Origin: Scenedesmus sp. PABB004
Taxonomy: Eukaryota
Length of the DNA: 64,000 nucleotides
Assembly: GCA_014905635.1 (NCBI GenBank)
Contig: JABVCE010000030.1
Coordinates: forward strand, 186,001 to 250,000
Reading direction: 5' to 3'
In this document: positions 1 to 12,542 of the stretch, one piece after another
How the letters are laid out: the number at the start of each line of letters is the position of its first letter
Numbering within the stretch: the stretch's first letter is position 1
Position numbers and translations under genes: made by a program
Notes under the pieces: generated by a model
The model's input: the letters and a program-made list of their open reading frames with translations, nothing else
Database searches by the model: none
Told to the model about the DNA's origin: nothing

Positions 1-1506
1 AAACGCGAGCCCCGCGCCGGCGGGCGTCGCCGCCGCGGGCGCGGGCTGCAGCTGCGCAGGGAACGCGTAGCCGGCGCTGCTGCCGCCAAAGTCGTCGGAG
101 CCTGCGGGGCGCCGCGGGCACGGGAGACGCGGCGGCGGGCGATCGGCGGGGGTGGGGCCGGGCGGCGGCGCCGGGCGGCGGCGCCGGGTGGCGGATGCGA
201 GCGAGGGGCGCCACGCACCCAGCAGCGACTGCGCCCAGCTCGGCGCGGGGCCGTGCCCGCCGTCCAGCGCGGCGGCGCCGCTCTTGGTGCCCGCCACGCC
301 GCCGACGGGCCGCCCCGTGCTGCTGCGCAGGTCGCGGCTCGAGCGCAGGCCGACCGGCGCGGCCGCGCCGCCGCCGCCGCCAACACCGCCGCCGCTGAGG
401 CCGCTGGCGCCGGCGCTCGGCGGCGGCGCGGGCGGGTCCTTGGGCGCCGCGATGGGCGCCCCCGAGCGCTGCATCTCATCCAGAGCGTTCTGCAGCACGT
501 GGCGCGTCAGGTCCTGGCCGTCAGACAGCTGGCTCCAGCGCCGCGTTAGCGGCTCCGACGCGGCGCCGGCGGCGTCCAGCAGCGAGCCCCCCGCCGCGGC
601 AGCGGCGGCTGAGGCGGCGCCGCCGCTCGGCGGCGGCGACGCTGCAGCCGGCGGCGGCGGCGACGCTGCAGCCGGCGGCGGCGGCGACGCTGCGCGCGCC
701 GCGCCCGGCGGCGCGGCCGCGCCCCAGGCCGGCGGCGCGCCGGCGGCGGGCACGGCGCCGCCGGGCGCCGCCGGGCGGGGCGGCGCCACCGGCGCCGTCG
801 CCGTCGCCGTCGCACCACGGCTGGCCTCCGGCGGCGCGCCCGTTGTGCCCAGGGCGGCCTTGGCCGCCGCCAGCACCTCGGTCTGCCGCGGGCGGCGCGG
901 CGGGCGCGCGTCAGGCGCGGCCGCCGCGCGCGCGGCCCCGGCGACCCCGCGCCGCCGCCGCTGCTGCTGCCCGGCCGCTGCTGCCCGCTCACCGCGCGGC
1001 TGATGATCTCCTGCGCACGCGCGGTCGGGTCGGCCTCGCTCGCCGCGCTCGCGAGGCCGAGCGTGGCCGCCAGGTCGCCGCCGCTGCTGCCGCCCACGTC
1101 CAGCGACGACGCGGTGCCGCCGGGGCTGGTGCCGCTCGGCGGCGAGGGCGCCTCGCCGTCGCTGTCCGACTGCGGCGGGCGCGCGGCGGCGGCGGCGGCG
1201 GTCGGCGGCGGTCGGCAGCGGTCGGCGGCTGCCGCGCGACCCGTCCGCCCCGGCCCGCCTGGCGCCGCGTGCGCTGCCGCGTGCGCCGCCGCGTGCGCCG
1301 CCGGGGCGGCCGCACCTCGAACGCAATCAGCTCCGACAGGAACTTGCTGCCCTCGCCGCGTCGCTTCTCGTCGCTCGCCGCCGCGGCGCACGCGCAGCTG
1401 CCGCGGCGGCGGCGCAGCGGCGCCGCCGCGCCCCGCCCGCGCCGCGGGAGCGCGGCGGGCGCGTGCCCCCCGGCGCCGCGTGCGCCCGGGCCGGCGGGGG
1501 CTCCAT
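1..1506 (-). CDS. Partial spliced gene, low-complexity Ala/Gly/Pro-rich protein of unknown function, running off the window start
   Basis: Protein-like segments ARAQEIISR (followed by a GTGAG donor near 991) and RRWSQLSDGQDLTRHVLQNALDEMQRSG. No recognisable domain. Confidence 0.35.
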
Positions 1507-2596
1507 GCCTGCGGGAGGGCGGGGCCGGCGGGGCGGCTCAGGGTGGGCTCCCCTCGCGCCGCACGCGCCGCTCCGGCGCAGCGCGCCGCTGCTGCCGCCG
1601 CAACTGCCGCCCCCGCGCCGCCCCGGCCGATCCGCGGCCAGCCCTGCGGCATCCGACACCACCCCACGGTGCCGGGGCCGGGGGTGTCGAGCCGGCGCGG
1701 GCCTCGCTGCGCGCACCTGCCGCCCGCCAGTCGCGCCGCGCAGCGCATGGCACCAGCGGGGTGCCGGGTTGATGCCACGTGTGGTGGTCAGGCCGCCGGC
1801 GTCCGTGACTGGGACGCTGCGGCGCCCGCGAGCGCGTTTGCTCGGGCAGTCGGGGTCCACGATTCTGTGCCAGCGCGGCACACCTCCTGTGTCGCCGCCC
1901 TTCCCCGCTGCCGCAGAGTCTGCGCCCCTGCCTTCGCCACACCCCGCGCCACACCGGGACAGCCCGCGCCCGCCGCGGCGCCACCGCCGTCTACTGCGTC
2001 GCCGCCGCCCGGTGCCGCGAGCAATGTCCGCCTTCGCTGCTGCAGCGGCGCAGGCGCCCTGGCCGGAGTCGGCGTCGCCACGAGCCAGCGGCAGCAGCAG
2101 CGGCAGCTTCAGCAGCAGCAGCAGCAGCGCCGCGCCGCCGCCGCTGCCGCGCGCGCCCTCGCCGCCGCGCGGCGCGGCGGCAATCAGCAGCGCGGACCCC
2201 GCGGCGGCCGAGTTCCTGCTGCTCTCGCTGGCGCTGGAGGGCCGGACAGGAGGCGTGATGCAGGAGGCGTGACGCGGGAGCTCGGGGATAGCTGTGTGTC
2301 GCTGAGGAGGAGCGAACTGCACTCGCACTGGCAGCATGGCGGGCGGCTGCGGCTGCGGCAGGGATCTGGGTCTGAGCGCTGCGAGCCCTCTGTTCGCGCG
2401 TCCGCGCGCGCGTTTGCGGGGCCCTGGGCGTTGCAACGCGCGCCGTGCCGGATGCGCCGTGCCCGCGCTCACGGCTCCTCACAACCGGGACGCAGCCACA
2501 GCCGCAGCCGTCGCCGTCGCCGCCCGCGCAGCCGCCGCTCAGCCGCCCGCGTCCGGCCGCCGCGTGCCGCGCACCGCCCGCGCCGGCGGCGCGTTG

Positions 2597-4234
2597 ATGC
2601 TGCTGCGCCTGGCCCCGGCCCCGGCGCGCGCACTGCTCCGCGCTCAGGGCGCGCAGCCCGCGCTCGTGGGGCCCGGCTGCAGGGCAATCAGCAGCAGCCG
2701 CCGCGGCCTGCCGCTGGCTCGTGCCGAGATGTCGCGGCGAATCGGGTTCATGGGCAGCGGCCAGATGGCGGAGGCGCTGGCCCGGGGGCTTATAGAGCGC
2801 TCGGTCGTGGCTCCGTCGGCCATCTGTTGCTCCGACCCCGCTCAGGCGCGCAAGGAGCTGTTCAGGGGCCTCGGCGCCACTCCGTACGACACCAACCTCG
2901 AGGCGCGACATCTGCGCCAGCGCGCGCAGCCCACGGCGACGCCCCGGCGCGCCGCTGCCGCGCGGCGCCGTGCCCGCGCCGGCCGCCGCCGACGCCGCTT
3001 GCGCCGCGCATCCCGCCAGGTGGCCAAGAACAGCGACGTGCTGTTTGTGTCGGTCAAGCCGCAGTACGTGCACGCGGTGCTGTCGGAGGCGCGGCCGGTG
3101 CTGCAGGTGCGCACGTCGCGGCGCGGGGACCCGGCGCGGGGCGGGGCCTCGACCCGCCGCACGGCCCCCGCGCGCCGCAGGAGCACACGCTGGTCATCAG
3201 CATCGCCGCCGGCATCACCGTGGCGCAGCTGCTCGAGGCGGCGGGGCCGACCGCGCGCGTGTGCCGCGTGATGCCCAACACGCCCTGCCTCGTCGGCGAG
3301 ACCGCGGCGGCGATGTGCCTCGGCGGCCGGGTGCGGCCGCGCAGGGCGCACGCGCACGCGCACACGCCGCCGCGCCCGCGCAGCAGCCGCCGCGCCTTCC
3401 CTCCCTCCCACGCGCCCGCCCGCCCACCCACCCGCTCACACCCTCCCACACCCACCCCCACCCACGCACGCCCACTCATCCCCCCGCCCGCCCGCCCGCC
3501 GCCGCGGCCGTCGCGCCAGGCGACGCCCGAGGACGGCGAGGTCGTGGTGAGCCTCTTCAGCGCGGTGGGCAAGATCTACCAGCTCGACGAGAAGCTCCTC
3601 GCCGCGGTGACCGGCCTCAGCGGCAGCGGCCCCGCGTACGTCTACATGATGATCGAGGCCCTCGCAGACGGCGGCGTGCGCGCGGGTGCGGCGCCGCGCC
3701 GCGCCGCGCGGCCGCTCGCCTGCGGGGCGGCCGGGCGGGGTGTTTGTGTGTTTGGGGGGGGGGTGCTTGTGCGGGTGCGGCGGCGGCCGTGCCCACGCCG
3801 CCGCGGGCGCCCGCCGCGCCCGCCGCGCAGGCCTGCCGCGCGACGTCGCGCAGGGCCTCGCCGCGCAGACGGTGCTCGGCAGCGCCAAGATGGTGCTCGA
3901 GACGGGGCGGTGCGGCCCGCGCCGCTTGCCGCGCAGCGCCGCGCCGCGCAGCCTGCCGCGCCGACGCGCAGCATGCACGCGCGCAGGCGTGCAGCCGCCG
4001 ACGCGCCGCCGCGCCCCCCCCCCCCCCACACCCACCCACCCACCCACCCACCCACCCACCCACCCACACACGCCCGCCAGGCACCCGGGCGCGCTGAAGG
4101 ACATGGTCACCAGCCCCGGCGGCACCACGATCGCAGGCGTGCACGAGCTCGAGAAGGCCGGCCTGCGCGCGGCGTGCATGAACGCGGTGCTCGCCGCCAC
4201 CGCGCGCGCGCACGAGCTCTCCAAGCCCACCTGA
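2597..4234 (+). CDS. P5CR: Pyrroline-5-carboxylate reductase with N-terminal organellar presequence, 6 exons
   Basis: [13 protein letters not shown] (Rossmann), [54 protein letters not shown]. Introns 2903-3019 (GC-AG), 3107-3180, 3331-3519, 3686-3830, 3910-4080. Confidence 0.96.
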
Positions 4235-4977
4235 GCGTGCGCGGGCGCGCGCCCGGGGCGGCCGACGGAGGCAGGGCGGCCCCTGACCTTGTGCCGCGCG
4301 CGCGGCCCCTGATCGTGCCGCGCTGGGCGTGTGCGGCGCGTGCTGCCGTGCCGCGCGCGTGCGTGGGGGGCCAGGCGCCGGAGCCCCAGCTGGGCAGGCG
4401 TTTGAGCAGAGGGAGGCGCACTGCCGCAGGACCGTTCTGCCACAAGACTTTGGCAGTGCCGCGCTAGGCCCAGGACTTGGCTGCGCCGCGAGCTGCGCTG
4501 AGAGAGCCGGCGCAAGCGTGTGATCACGCTTTTTCACGCTTCGGCGCTGCTGGAGTTGCAACTCCGGCTCCCACGCGACTCCGCCCCTCGCGCGGTCCTA
4601 AACTAGGCGCATCACACACACCACCAGCGCTGCCTCTGCGGCAGCGCGCGGGCGCCAGCAGCAGCAGCAGCCCGCTGCGCACGGGCGCGTCCCGGGGCAA
4701 CGCCTCCCCCCCCCCTGCGGCAACCAATCAATCGCAGCGTCTCAGCGCCCCGCCCGCGCGCCAGCCTCGGCGCGGCGCCCCGGCAACCGCTGGCCCCCGC
4801 AGCGCCTCGTTCTGCGTCCCCGCCCCCACCAGCGCCCTGGCAAGCGCGCGGCCACCTCCTCCTACACCCCCCTCCTCCCCCCCAAAAACGCGCCGCCGCG
4901 CCCGCCGCGCCCGCCGCGCCGCGCCCGCGCCCGCGCCGCTGCGCCGCGGCGCCGCCCGTCCCGCCGCGCCGCGCCGG

Positions 4978-5251
4978 TCAGTGCTGCTTCGCGCGGCTGG
5001 TGCGGCGTATGCCCCAGTAGGTCGCGGCGAGCAGCAGCGCAAAGTATGCGAGCAGGATTGCCACGTAGGCCCCGAACGAGTGCCGGCCGTCGAGGTACAT
5101 CCCCAGCACCGCGTCGCCGCTCGCGACGCAGCCGGGGCCGAGGCTGTTCACGCGCGCCTTGATCGTCGCGAGCGTCGGCGGCTTGCTGGGGAGCAGGTCT
5201 GCGGCGTGCGGGTGTGCGTGTGTGCGTGCGTGCGTGCGTGCGTGTGTTTGT

Positions 5252-5282
<31 letters not shown>

Positions 5283-8188
5283 CAACGTGATGCCGCGGGC
5301 GCCGGCGGCGCCCGCCTCGCGGCCTGCCACAGCCCCCAGACCCCTCCCGCCACGCCCCCCCCCCCCCTCCGCGCGCGGCGCGCCGCGCACCTGTGATGAG
5401 CCCCAGCGCGCGCAGGCCGGAGCCCTGCGCGCAGTCAAAGCCGCGGCCCTCAAACTCAAGCTGCGCGAGCGCCTGCCACGCAAAGTTGCCGGGGCTCACG
5501 TAGCGCAGCCAGGAGATGCCCCAGCCGAGGGAGTAGCTCTGGAAGCGCAGCATGAACGGCGACACCCACCTGGGAGAGGGTTCAGGGTGTAGGGTTTAGG
5601 GTTTGGGCCCCGTGCGTTCCGGTGTGAGCTCGGGCGGGCGAGCATGTGCCGCGTGCGGCGGGCGCACGGCAGCGCGCGGGGCCGGCGGGTGCGGGGCCGG
5701 CGCGCCGCACATGTTTGGCAGCGTCCACGCGATCGCAAACACAAACGCGAGGTCCAGGCTCGACGCGAGCACGGCGCAGCAGTAGAGCGCCTGCGCGCGG
5801 CGCGCGCGCGCGGGCGCGCGGCGGGCACGCGGCGGGCGGGGGCGCGCGTCAGCGCGCGGCGCGGGCCCCGCCCGTCCCCGCGTCCCCGCCCGTCCCCGCC
5901 CGTCCCCGCCCGTCCCGCGCCGTGCAGCACCGAGCCCGGGGGGCCGCGCCTGCATGCCAATGAGCCCCATGAGCACGCCCACGAGCGCGGCGCGCGCCAT
6001 GACGGCGGGCCCGTGGCGCATGCCGGCCATGCCGTAGTACATGAGCTGGAACACCACGCTCAGCAGCGCGTTGAAGGGGACAAACAGCGTCAGCTGCGTG
6101 GTCGCGGGCGGTTGGTTGCGCGGGGCGCGGGGCGCGGGGCGCGGGGCGGCGACGAGGGCCAGACGGCGGCGGCGCGGGCGCGCGCGGCGCGGTGAGGCAG
6201 AGGCAGTGCGCGCGCGCGGACGGGACGTGCGGCGGCGGCGCGCGCGCGCCTGAACCCTCGGCGGCGGCGGAGCGCGCGCCTCAACCCTCGGCGGCGGCGG
6301 TGCGCGCCCAAACCCTCGGCGGCGCAGCAGCGGCTTGCCTTTGCCGCAAAGTACTGTGCCGGGTGGTAGAGGCGGCCCGCGGTGTCGAGGGCGAAGAGCG
6401 CCTTATCGCCGGTGAAGAGGGACATGGAGACGTAGGGCAGGAGCAGGTAGAACGCGACAGTCACAAAGCACACCTGGGTTAAGGGTTTGAGTGTTTGGGT
6501 GTTGGGGTGTTTAAAAGGGGGCGAGGGACGACGGGGGTTTGGCGCGGCGGGCGGTCAGCCCGGGTGGGCGGCGGCGAGCAGGCAGGGCGGGCGCGGGCGC
6601 GGCGGCGCGGGGCGCGCGGCGGCGCGGGGGCGCGGGGCGCGCGGGGCGGCGCACCAGCATGCGGTCCTGGATGGAGTCTGCGTCGCCCGGGAGGTTGAAA
6701 TTGACGAGGCCCCACAGCAGGGCGAGGTAGGTGAAGGTCAGCAGGCGGCCGCCCACGTCCAGCGGGTTGCTGGGCGGAGGGGCGGCGGCGGCGGCGTGCG
6801 GCGGCGTGAGTTGCCCGGCGGCGGCGGCGAGGAGGCGGGCGGCGGCGAGGCGGGCGTGCGACGCAGCCCGGGCGCATTGTGCGCGGCATCTCAAGGGTGG
6901 CGGCGGGGCGCGCGCCGCACCGCGTCGTGACGAGCAGCTCGCGCCACAGCAGCGCCTTGTACTTGCCCCACGGCGTCGCGCCGTGGCTGCCGCCGAGCGC
7001 GGCCGCCGCCGCGTCGGGCGCGCCCCCCGGCGCGGCCTTGCCGGCGGGCGCCGCGCCCGCCGCGCTGCCGGCGCGGCTGCCGCGGCGGCTGCCCTGCGCC
7101 GCGGGCGCGGGCGCCACAAAGAGCCCCGGCTGCGCCTTGGCCAGGTGCGCGCGGAACGCGTCCGCCGCGGCCGCCAGCTCCTCCGGCGTGGTCATCACCT
7201 CGCCCTGCCCCGGCCCGCTGCCGACGCGCCGCGTCGGCGACCGGGGCGACCGGGGCGTCCCGGGGCCGTCGCCCGGCGCGGGGATGGCAGCGGGCGCGCC
7301 CGCGCTGGCGGTGCTGCCGCCCGTGCTGCCGCCGGTGCCGGCCGCCGCCGGCTGCAGCGCCGGCTTGCCGCCGCCGGCGTCGGCGCCCACGCTGTCGGCG
7401 CCGCGGCTGCGCCGGGCGCGGCCCGCGCCCTTGTCAAAGCCCAGTGACACCAGGTCCAGCGCCCAGTCGGCGACCAGGCCCTGCGCACGCGCGCGCGGGG
7501 CGGCGCGCGGCTCGGACGCGGCAGCAGCGACGGCGGCGGCGGCGGCGGCGGCGCGGCGGCCCCGCGCGGGAGCGCCGCGCGGGAGCGCCCGCGGCGTCCG
7601 CGGCGCGCACCTGGACCTCGGGCGAGTAGGGGTAGCCGAGGCTGCCAAACCACGGCACCAGGCCGCCCGCCGCGCCCGTGTACATCAGCCGCCCGCTCGC
7701 CAGCAGCGTGACCTGCGCGCGCAGGCCACGCGCGTGCGCGTGAGCGGCGCCCGCCCCGCCCCGCCCCGCCCCGCCCCGCCCCGCCCCGCCCCGCCCCGCC
7801 CCGCCCCGCCCCGCCCCGCCCCGCCCCGCCCTGCCTCGCCCTGCCCCGCCCCGCCCCGCCCCGCCCCGCCCCGCCCTGCCTCGCCCTGCCCCGCCCCGCC
7901 CCGCCCCGCCCCGCCCCGCCCCGCCGCCACCGCCGCACACGCGCACGCGCGCGCGCGCGCGCGCGCGCGCGCTTGCCTGGTCAAGCTGCGCCCAAATGAC
8001 GGCGCGCGGCTGGTGCATCGACGCGAGCAGCGTCGCGCCCTCGTGGCGGGCCATGTCTTTGAGGTACATCACGATGTTCAGCGCGGAGCACGAGTCCAGC
8101 CCCGTGGTCGGCTCGTCCAGGAACACGAGGCTCGCGCCTGCCAGCAGGTGCGGCGCACGGCGCAGTGGGGCGGCGGCGAGGCGCGTGT

Positions 8189-8231
<43 letters not shown>

Positions 8232-9390
8232 ACGCGGCGCGGCGCCTGCGCGGCGGCGCGCACCCGCGACGACGCCGCACGCGATGTGCAGCTGCTTGCG
8301 CTCGCTGCCGCTCATGCCGGGCAGCACCAGCCCGCCCGGCAGCGGCCCGCCCACCTGCGCGCACGCGCCGCCGCGGGCGCCGCGAGTGAGCCGCACCACG
8401 GCCGCCGCCGCCGCCGCTGCCCTGCCGCCGCCGCCGCCGCGCGCGCTGCGAACACAGTGCTCTGCCCCGCCTGGGTCCCCGCCAGCGGCCCCCTCCCCGG
8501 GAGGCGCACCAACATGTCGGCCTGGTCCGCGAGGCCCATGATGCGCAGGACCTTGGCGCAGCGCGCGGCGCGCGCGGCGCGGCGCACGCTCGGCGGCAGC
8601 TGGATCGCGGCGGCAAAGCCGACCGCCTCGCGCGCGGTGAGCACGGGCACGAGGCTGTCGTGCTGCGGCACGTACACCGACAGCGCGCCGAGCTCGCGGC
8701 GCCCCGAGAGCGCGTGGCCGTTGACGGCGAGCGACCCGGCCGCGCCGCTGTGCTCGAGGCGCAGCGTGAGCAGGTCGAGCAGCGTCGACTTGCCCGCGCC
8801 GCTCGGGCCCAGCAGGCCGTGCAGCTCGCGCGGCCGCGCGCAGCCCCACACGCCCTGCGGCGGCGGGCGCGGCGGCGGGCGACTCGGCCGCGTGCGCGCT
8901 CGCGGCGCGCGCCGCGCAGCGGCGCTCGGCGCGCGGCAGCGAGCGGCGCGGCCGCGCCCCTCTGCCCGCTCACCTGCAGGATGGCGCGGCTGCCGGTCGC
9001 GGTCTTGACCGTGCAGCCCATGCCGCGCCACTCAAACATCACGGGCGGGCGCTGCTGCAGCTCCTCCTCGGCCGCCGCCGCGCCCGGCGGCGCGGCGCTG
9101 CTGTCGCTGCCGCCGCTGTCGTCGCACGCCGGCAGCTGGCTGCTGCTTGGCGCGCGGCTCGCGGCGCGGCTGCCGGGGCGGCTGGCGGCGATGCGGATGG
9201 CCTCCGAGACCTGCGCGACGCGGTAGGCCACGCTCGGCAGCGCCGCCAGGAAGGCCTTGACCACCCAGAAGCCGGCAAAGAGGTTGGCGAGCACAAACAC
9301 CGTGCCCCACAGCCAGGGCAGCTGCCCAGACGGCTCGATCACGAGCCCGTGCTCCGCCGCCGCTGCGAGCGTGGCGGCGCTGGCGGCCAT
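4978..9390 (-). CDS. ABCG (white-like) half transporter, multi-exon
   Basis: Walker A GPSGAGKST, Q-loop YVPQHD, signature-like MSGSERKQLHIA, Walker B/D-loop VFLDEPTTGLDS, H-loop SMHQP, then ABC2-type membrane domain (KALLWRELL, WLRYVSP, CVASGDAVL). Confidence 0.92.
5577..5606. repeat. Degenerate interstitial telomere-like repeat in an ABCG intron
   Basis: AGGG TTCAGGG TGTAGGG TTTAGGG TTTGG read directly; TTTAGGG is the plant-type telomere unit. Confidence 0.55.
6240..6326. repeat. Intronic minisatellite, ~30-bp unit x3 with core AACCCTCGGCGGCG
   Basis: Three successive aaccctcggcggcg units at ~6253, ~6283 and ~6311. Confidence 0.75.
7750..7925. repeat. (CCCCG)n pentanucleotide array in an ABCG intron
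   Basis: Roughly 30 near-perfect ccccg units, read directly. Confidence 0.95.
8193..8230. repeat. (GA)n microsatellite, intronic
   Basis: Read directly. Confidence 0.95.
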
Positions 9391-9907
9391 GGCTGCTGCT
9401 GCCGCTGGCGGGCCGGCGGCGCCGCTGCCGGCTCAGGCTCTCGCCGCGCCGCGGCCGTCGCCGCCGCTGCTGCCGGCGGGTGCCTGCCGGCGGGCCTGCC
9501 CAACGCCGCAGATGCGGCCCTGGACAGCCTGGCAATCGTGCTGGCACGCGTGAGACCGCACGGCTAGCGGGAGCAGGCGCGCGGCCCGGCTGCCTCCAGC
9601 TCTCCGAATGAAAGCGAGCCGAAACGGGCTGCGCGCAGCGCGCTGGCGGCCCGGCGCGCGGGCGTCGACGCTGGATGCGATCTCAGGAAGCCCCTCGCAA
9701 CGTGCGGGCGGGAACCGGCCGCACGAGCCGGCCAATCGAGGGCGGTTGCTGCCCGGCACGGCCGCGCTGCTCGGCGTGGGCGCGCGTCGTGACGGAGCGG
9801 TCGACCGTCGCAATCGGGGTGAAGGCCCGGCACCGGGCGTCAACGCCGCCGCCGCCGCCGGCGCTCGCAGGGCGCAAGCCGCTGCGCCCCGCAGCGCGCG
9901 GCTCGCT

Positions 9908-10459
9908 TCATCGCGCCGCGGCCTGGCGCTGCTGCTGCTCCGCCAGGCCTGCCGGCTCCTGGAGCTGCTGCTGCCGCTGCTGCCCGCACGGCTGCTGCTG
10001 CCGCTGCGGCGCGTGGCCGCCCGCCAGCGCGCCGGCGGCCGCCGCCCGCGCCGCGCCCTCGGCGTCGCCGGCCTCGCCGGCTGCCGCCTGCGCCGGCTCG
10101 CCCTCCTCTTCGCCCGCGGCGCTGGCGTCGCCAGCCGCGCCGGCCGCCGCTCCGCCCGACTTTTCGCCCGCGCCGTCGGCGCCCGTTCGGCGCTTCTTGT
10201 TGGCGCGCCCGCTGGCCTGCTCGCCCTCGCTGTCGGAGCTGCTGCTGGAGCTGCTGCTGGAGCTGCTGCTGCTGGAGCTGCTGCTGGTGCTGGCGCTGAG
10301 GCAGGCGCCCGCGGCGTCGAGCGCGTCCGCCGTCGCCGCGAGGTCGGGCCGCTCCGCGCGCAGCGCCGCCAGCCAGCGCGCGCTCATCTTGGGGCGGCCC
10401 TTGCGCGCGTGCCGCCACACGGCCGGGAAGTTGGTGGTGCTCACGTAGCTGCGACGTAC

Positions 10460-10494
<35 letters not shown>

Positions 10495-12053
10495 ACGCTC
10501 AGTGCGGCAGCGCGCCGAGGACGCAGACGCGCGCCGCCGCAGCGCGCGCGCGCCTCGCTCACTTGTGCGTCACCGCGATGGTGAGGTCCAGGTTGAGTAC
10601 CGCGTGCCACCAGCCGTGCGGCACAAACACGGTCTCGCCCGGGCGCTGGATGATGGTGAGCGGCGCCGCCGACGCGGGCCAGCCCGGCGACCGCGTGCGC
10701 GGCCACACGCGGCTGAACCAGCTCACCGCCTCGCGCTCCAGGCCGGGCTCGCGCGGCAGCACCAGCTGCGGCCGCGGGCGGGCGCGCCGCCGTGCGTGCG
10801 CGGTCGGCGCGCCGCCGGCCGGCGCGCGGTGCCGCGACCCCTGCGCCTGCCCCTGCAGCGGCGCACGGCGCTGCGCGCACCTCGCGCGGCGTGCCCGGCG
10901 GGAAGAGCGCCCAGCGCTTGTGCCCCGCGAGCAGCGCGTTCCACGCGCTCGTGGCGAGCGGGTCGACGTGAAGGCCCGTGCCGCTGCGCGCGGGGCCCAT
11001 CACAAACCACCTGGCGGGCGCGGCGCGCGGCGCGCGGGGCGCGGGGCGTGTGTGCAGCGCGGTGGGCGCGTTGCGCGCCGCGCCGCGAGCCGCAGCGCGG
11101 CGCGGCGGCAGCGCCGCGCACGCCGCCGCGCTGCTGCGCGCCGCGCACTTGTAGGGCGGCCGCCGGCGCTCGCCAGCGAGCGCAAAGAGGTCCTCCGCAA
11201 AGAGCGGCGGCGGGGCGTAGTGGCTCGCCATGTCGGCGCTGCCGCGGCGCCTGTCGGCAAAGGAGCCGTCAAAGATATAGAGCGGGCTGTCGTCGCCGGC
11301 CGCGGTGCCGCCGTGCGCGCAGTAGCGCAGGAAGTGGTGCAGGCGCAGCCGCACGGCGTAGCCGTCGTCGTCCGAGCCGACCTGCGGCGCGGCGCGGCGC
11401 GGCGCAGCGCCGGGCGGGGCCATGAGGCCGGCGCCGGCGAGCAGCGTCGGAGCGCGGCGGCTGCCCCGCGCCGCGCCGTGCCTTGAAGCGGTGATCGCTC
11501 AGCGCCGCGAGCAGCTTGGCCGGCGCCCAGGCCTCGCGCGCCGCCCAGGCGTCAGTCAGGCCCGTGATCACCACCGGCCGGCGCGGCGCCTCGTAGCGCT
11601 CGACAAAGGCCGCGGGCGTGAGGTCCTGCGTCGCGGGGCCGGACGGCGCGGCGCGCGGGCGCTGGTCGGCGGGCGGCGCAGGCCGGCGGCGGGCGCCCGC
11701 AGCCCGCAGCGCCGCGGCCGCGCGCGCGGCGCCGCCGGCCCGCGCGGGCCGCGCACCGCGGCGGCGACGCGCGGCACGTCGTCCACCAGGCCCTCCGTGC
11801 TCAGCACGTTGCTGGCCGCGTAGCCGTGCTTCGCCCACTCGCCCCCGCTCACGCTCAGCTCGCTGCGCGCCGCGCGCTTGGCGGAGCGGATCTTGTGCTG
11901 CACGTAGCTGCGGGGCGCGGCGCGGCGGCGGTCGTGGGGCGCGCGCCGCGGCGCGCGCGGCTGGCGGGGTGGAGCGCCGCGCGCCGCCGCCGCGCACTCG
12001 TCCTCCTCCGCCGTCAGGGGCGGCAGCAGGGCCGCCAGGGCGGCCGCGTCCAT
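9908..12053 (-). CDS. JMJD6: JmjC 2-oxoglutarate/Fe oxygenase, JMJD6/PSR orthologue
   Basis: HKIRSAKRAARSEL, FKVGSDDDGYAVRL, DDSPLYIFDGSF, WFVMGPARSGTGLHVDPLATSAWN, GHKRWALFPP, QRPGETVFVPHGWWHAVLNLD, RKGRPK, poly-Ser tail. Confidence 0.92.
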
Positions 12054-12542
12054 CCGCGACGCTCTGCGGCTCTGTCACGGCGGTGCTGCCGCCACTGTGG
12101 CTCTCGCGGGCGTCACTGCGGCCGCCGCTGCTGCTGCTGCGACCGTCGGCGGGCGCTCGGGGCCTGCGCGCCTCCCGCGGTTGCTGTATGTATGTGTGGA
12201 GGTATCGTGGGCGCGGCTGCACGCTCTCGAGTCGTCGCGTCGCCGAGCGCTGCAGCGGCGCCGCGTGCGCCTTCGAAGTCTCAGCGCCGGCGCTCGCGCG
12301 ACGGCGGCGCAGCCGCGGTGGCGGCGACCGTGCTGCCGATCTGCTCAATTGCCTGGGCTGCTCAATTGCTTCAAAAACGCCACCCGCGTGACGCCGCTGA
12401 ACCCCCGCCGCCCGCACGATCAACGCCTCGTCAAAACTCGCGGCCGCCAACACACGCCCGCGCAAGTGCTCGCACACGCCTCCGCCGCTCCCCGCACCCG
12501 CCCGCGCCCCCGCGTGGCCGCCCGCGCCCCCGCGTGCCCGCC

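Noticed and set aside
2024..2272. Short + strand ORF MSAFAAAAAQ...GGVMQEA
   Set aside because: Low complexity with no domain or splice support; cannot be called.
1003..4467. Very long ORFs in the track (1154, 1187, 1104 aa and similar)
   Set aside because: Stop-codon scarcity at very high GC; they read through introns or antisense and give Arg/Ala/Pro noise.
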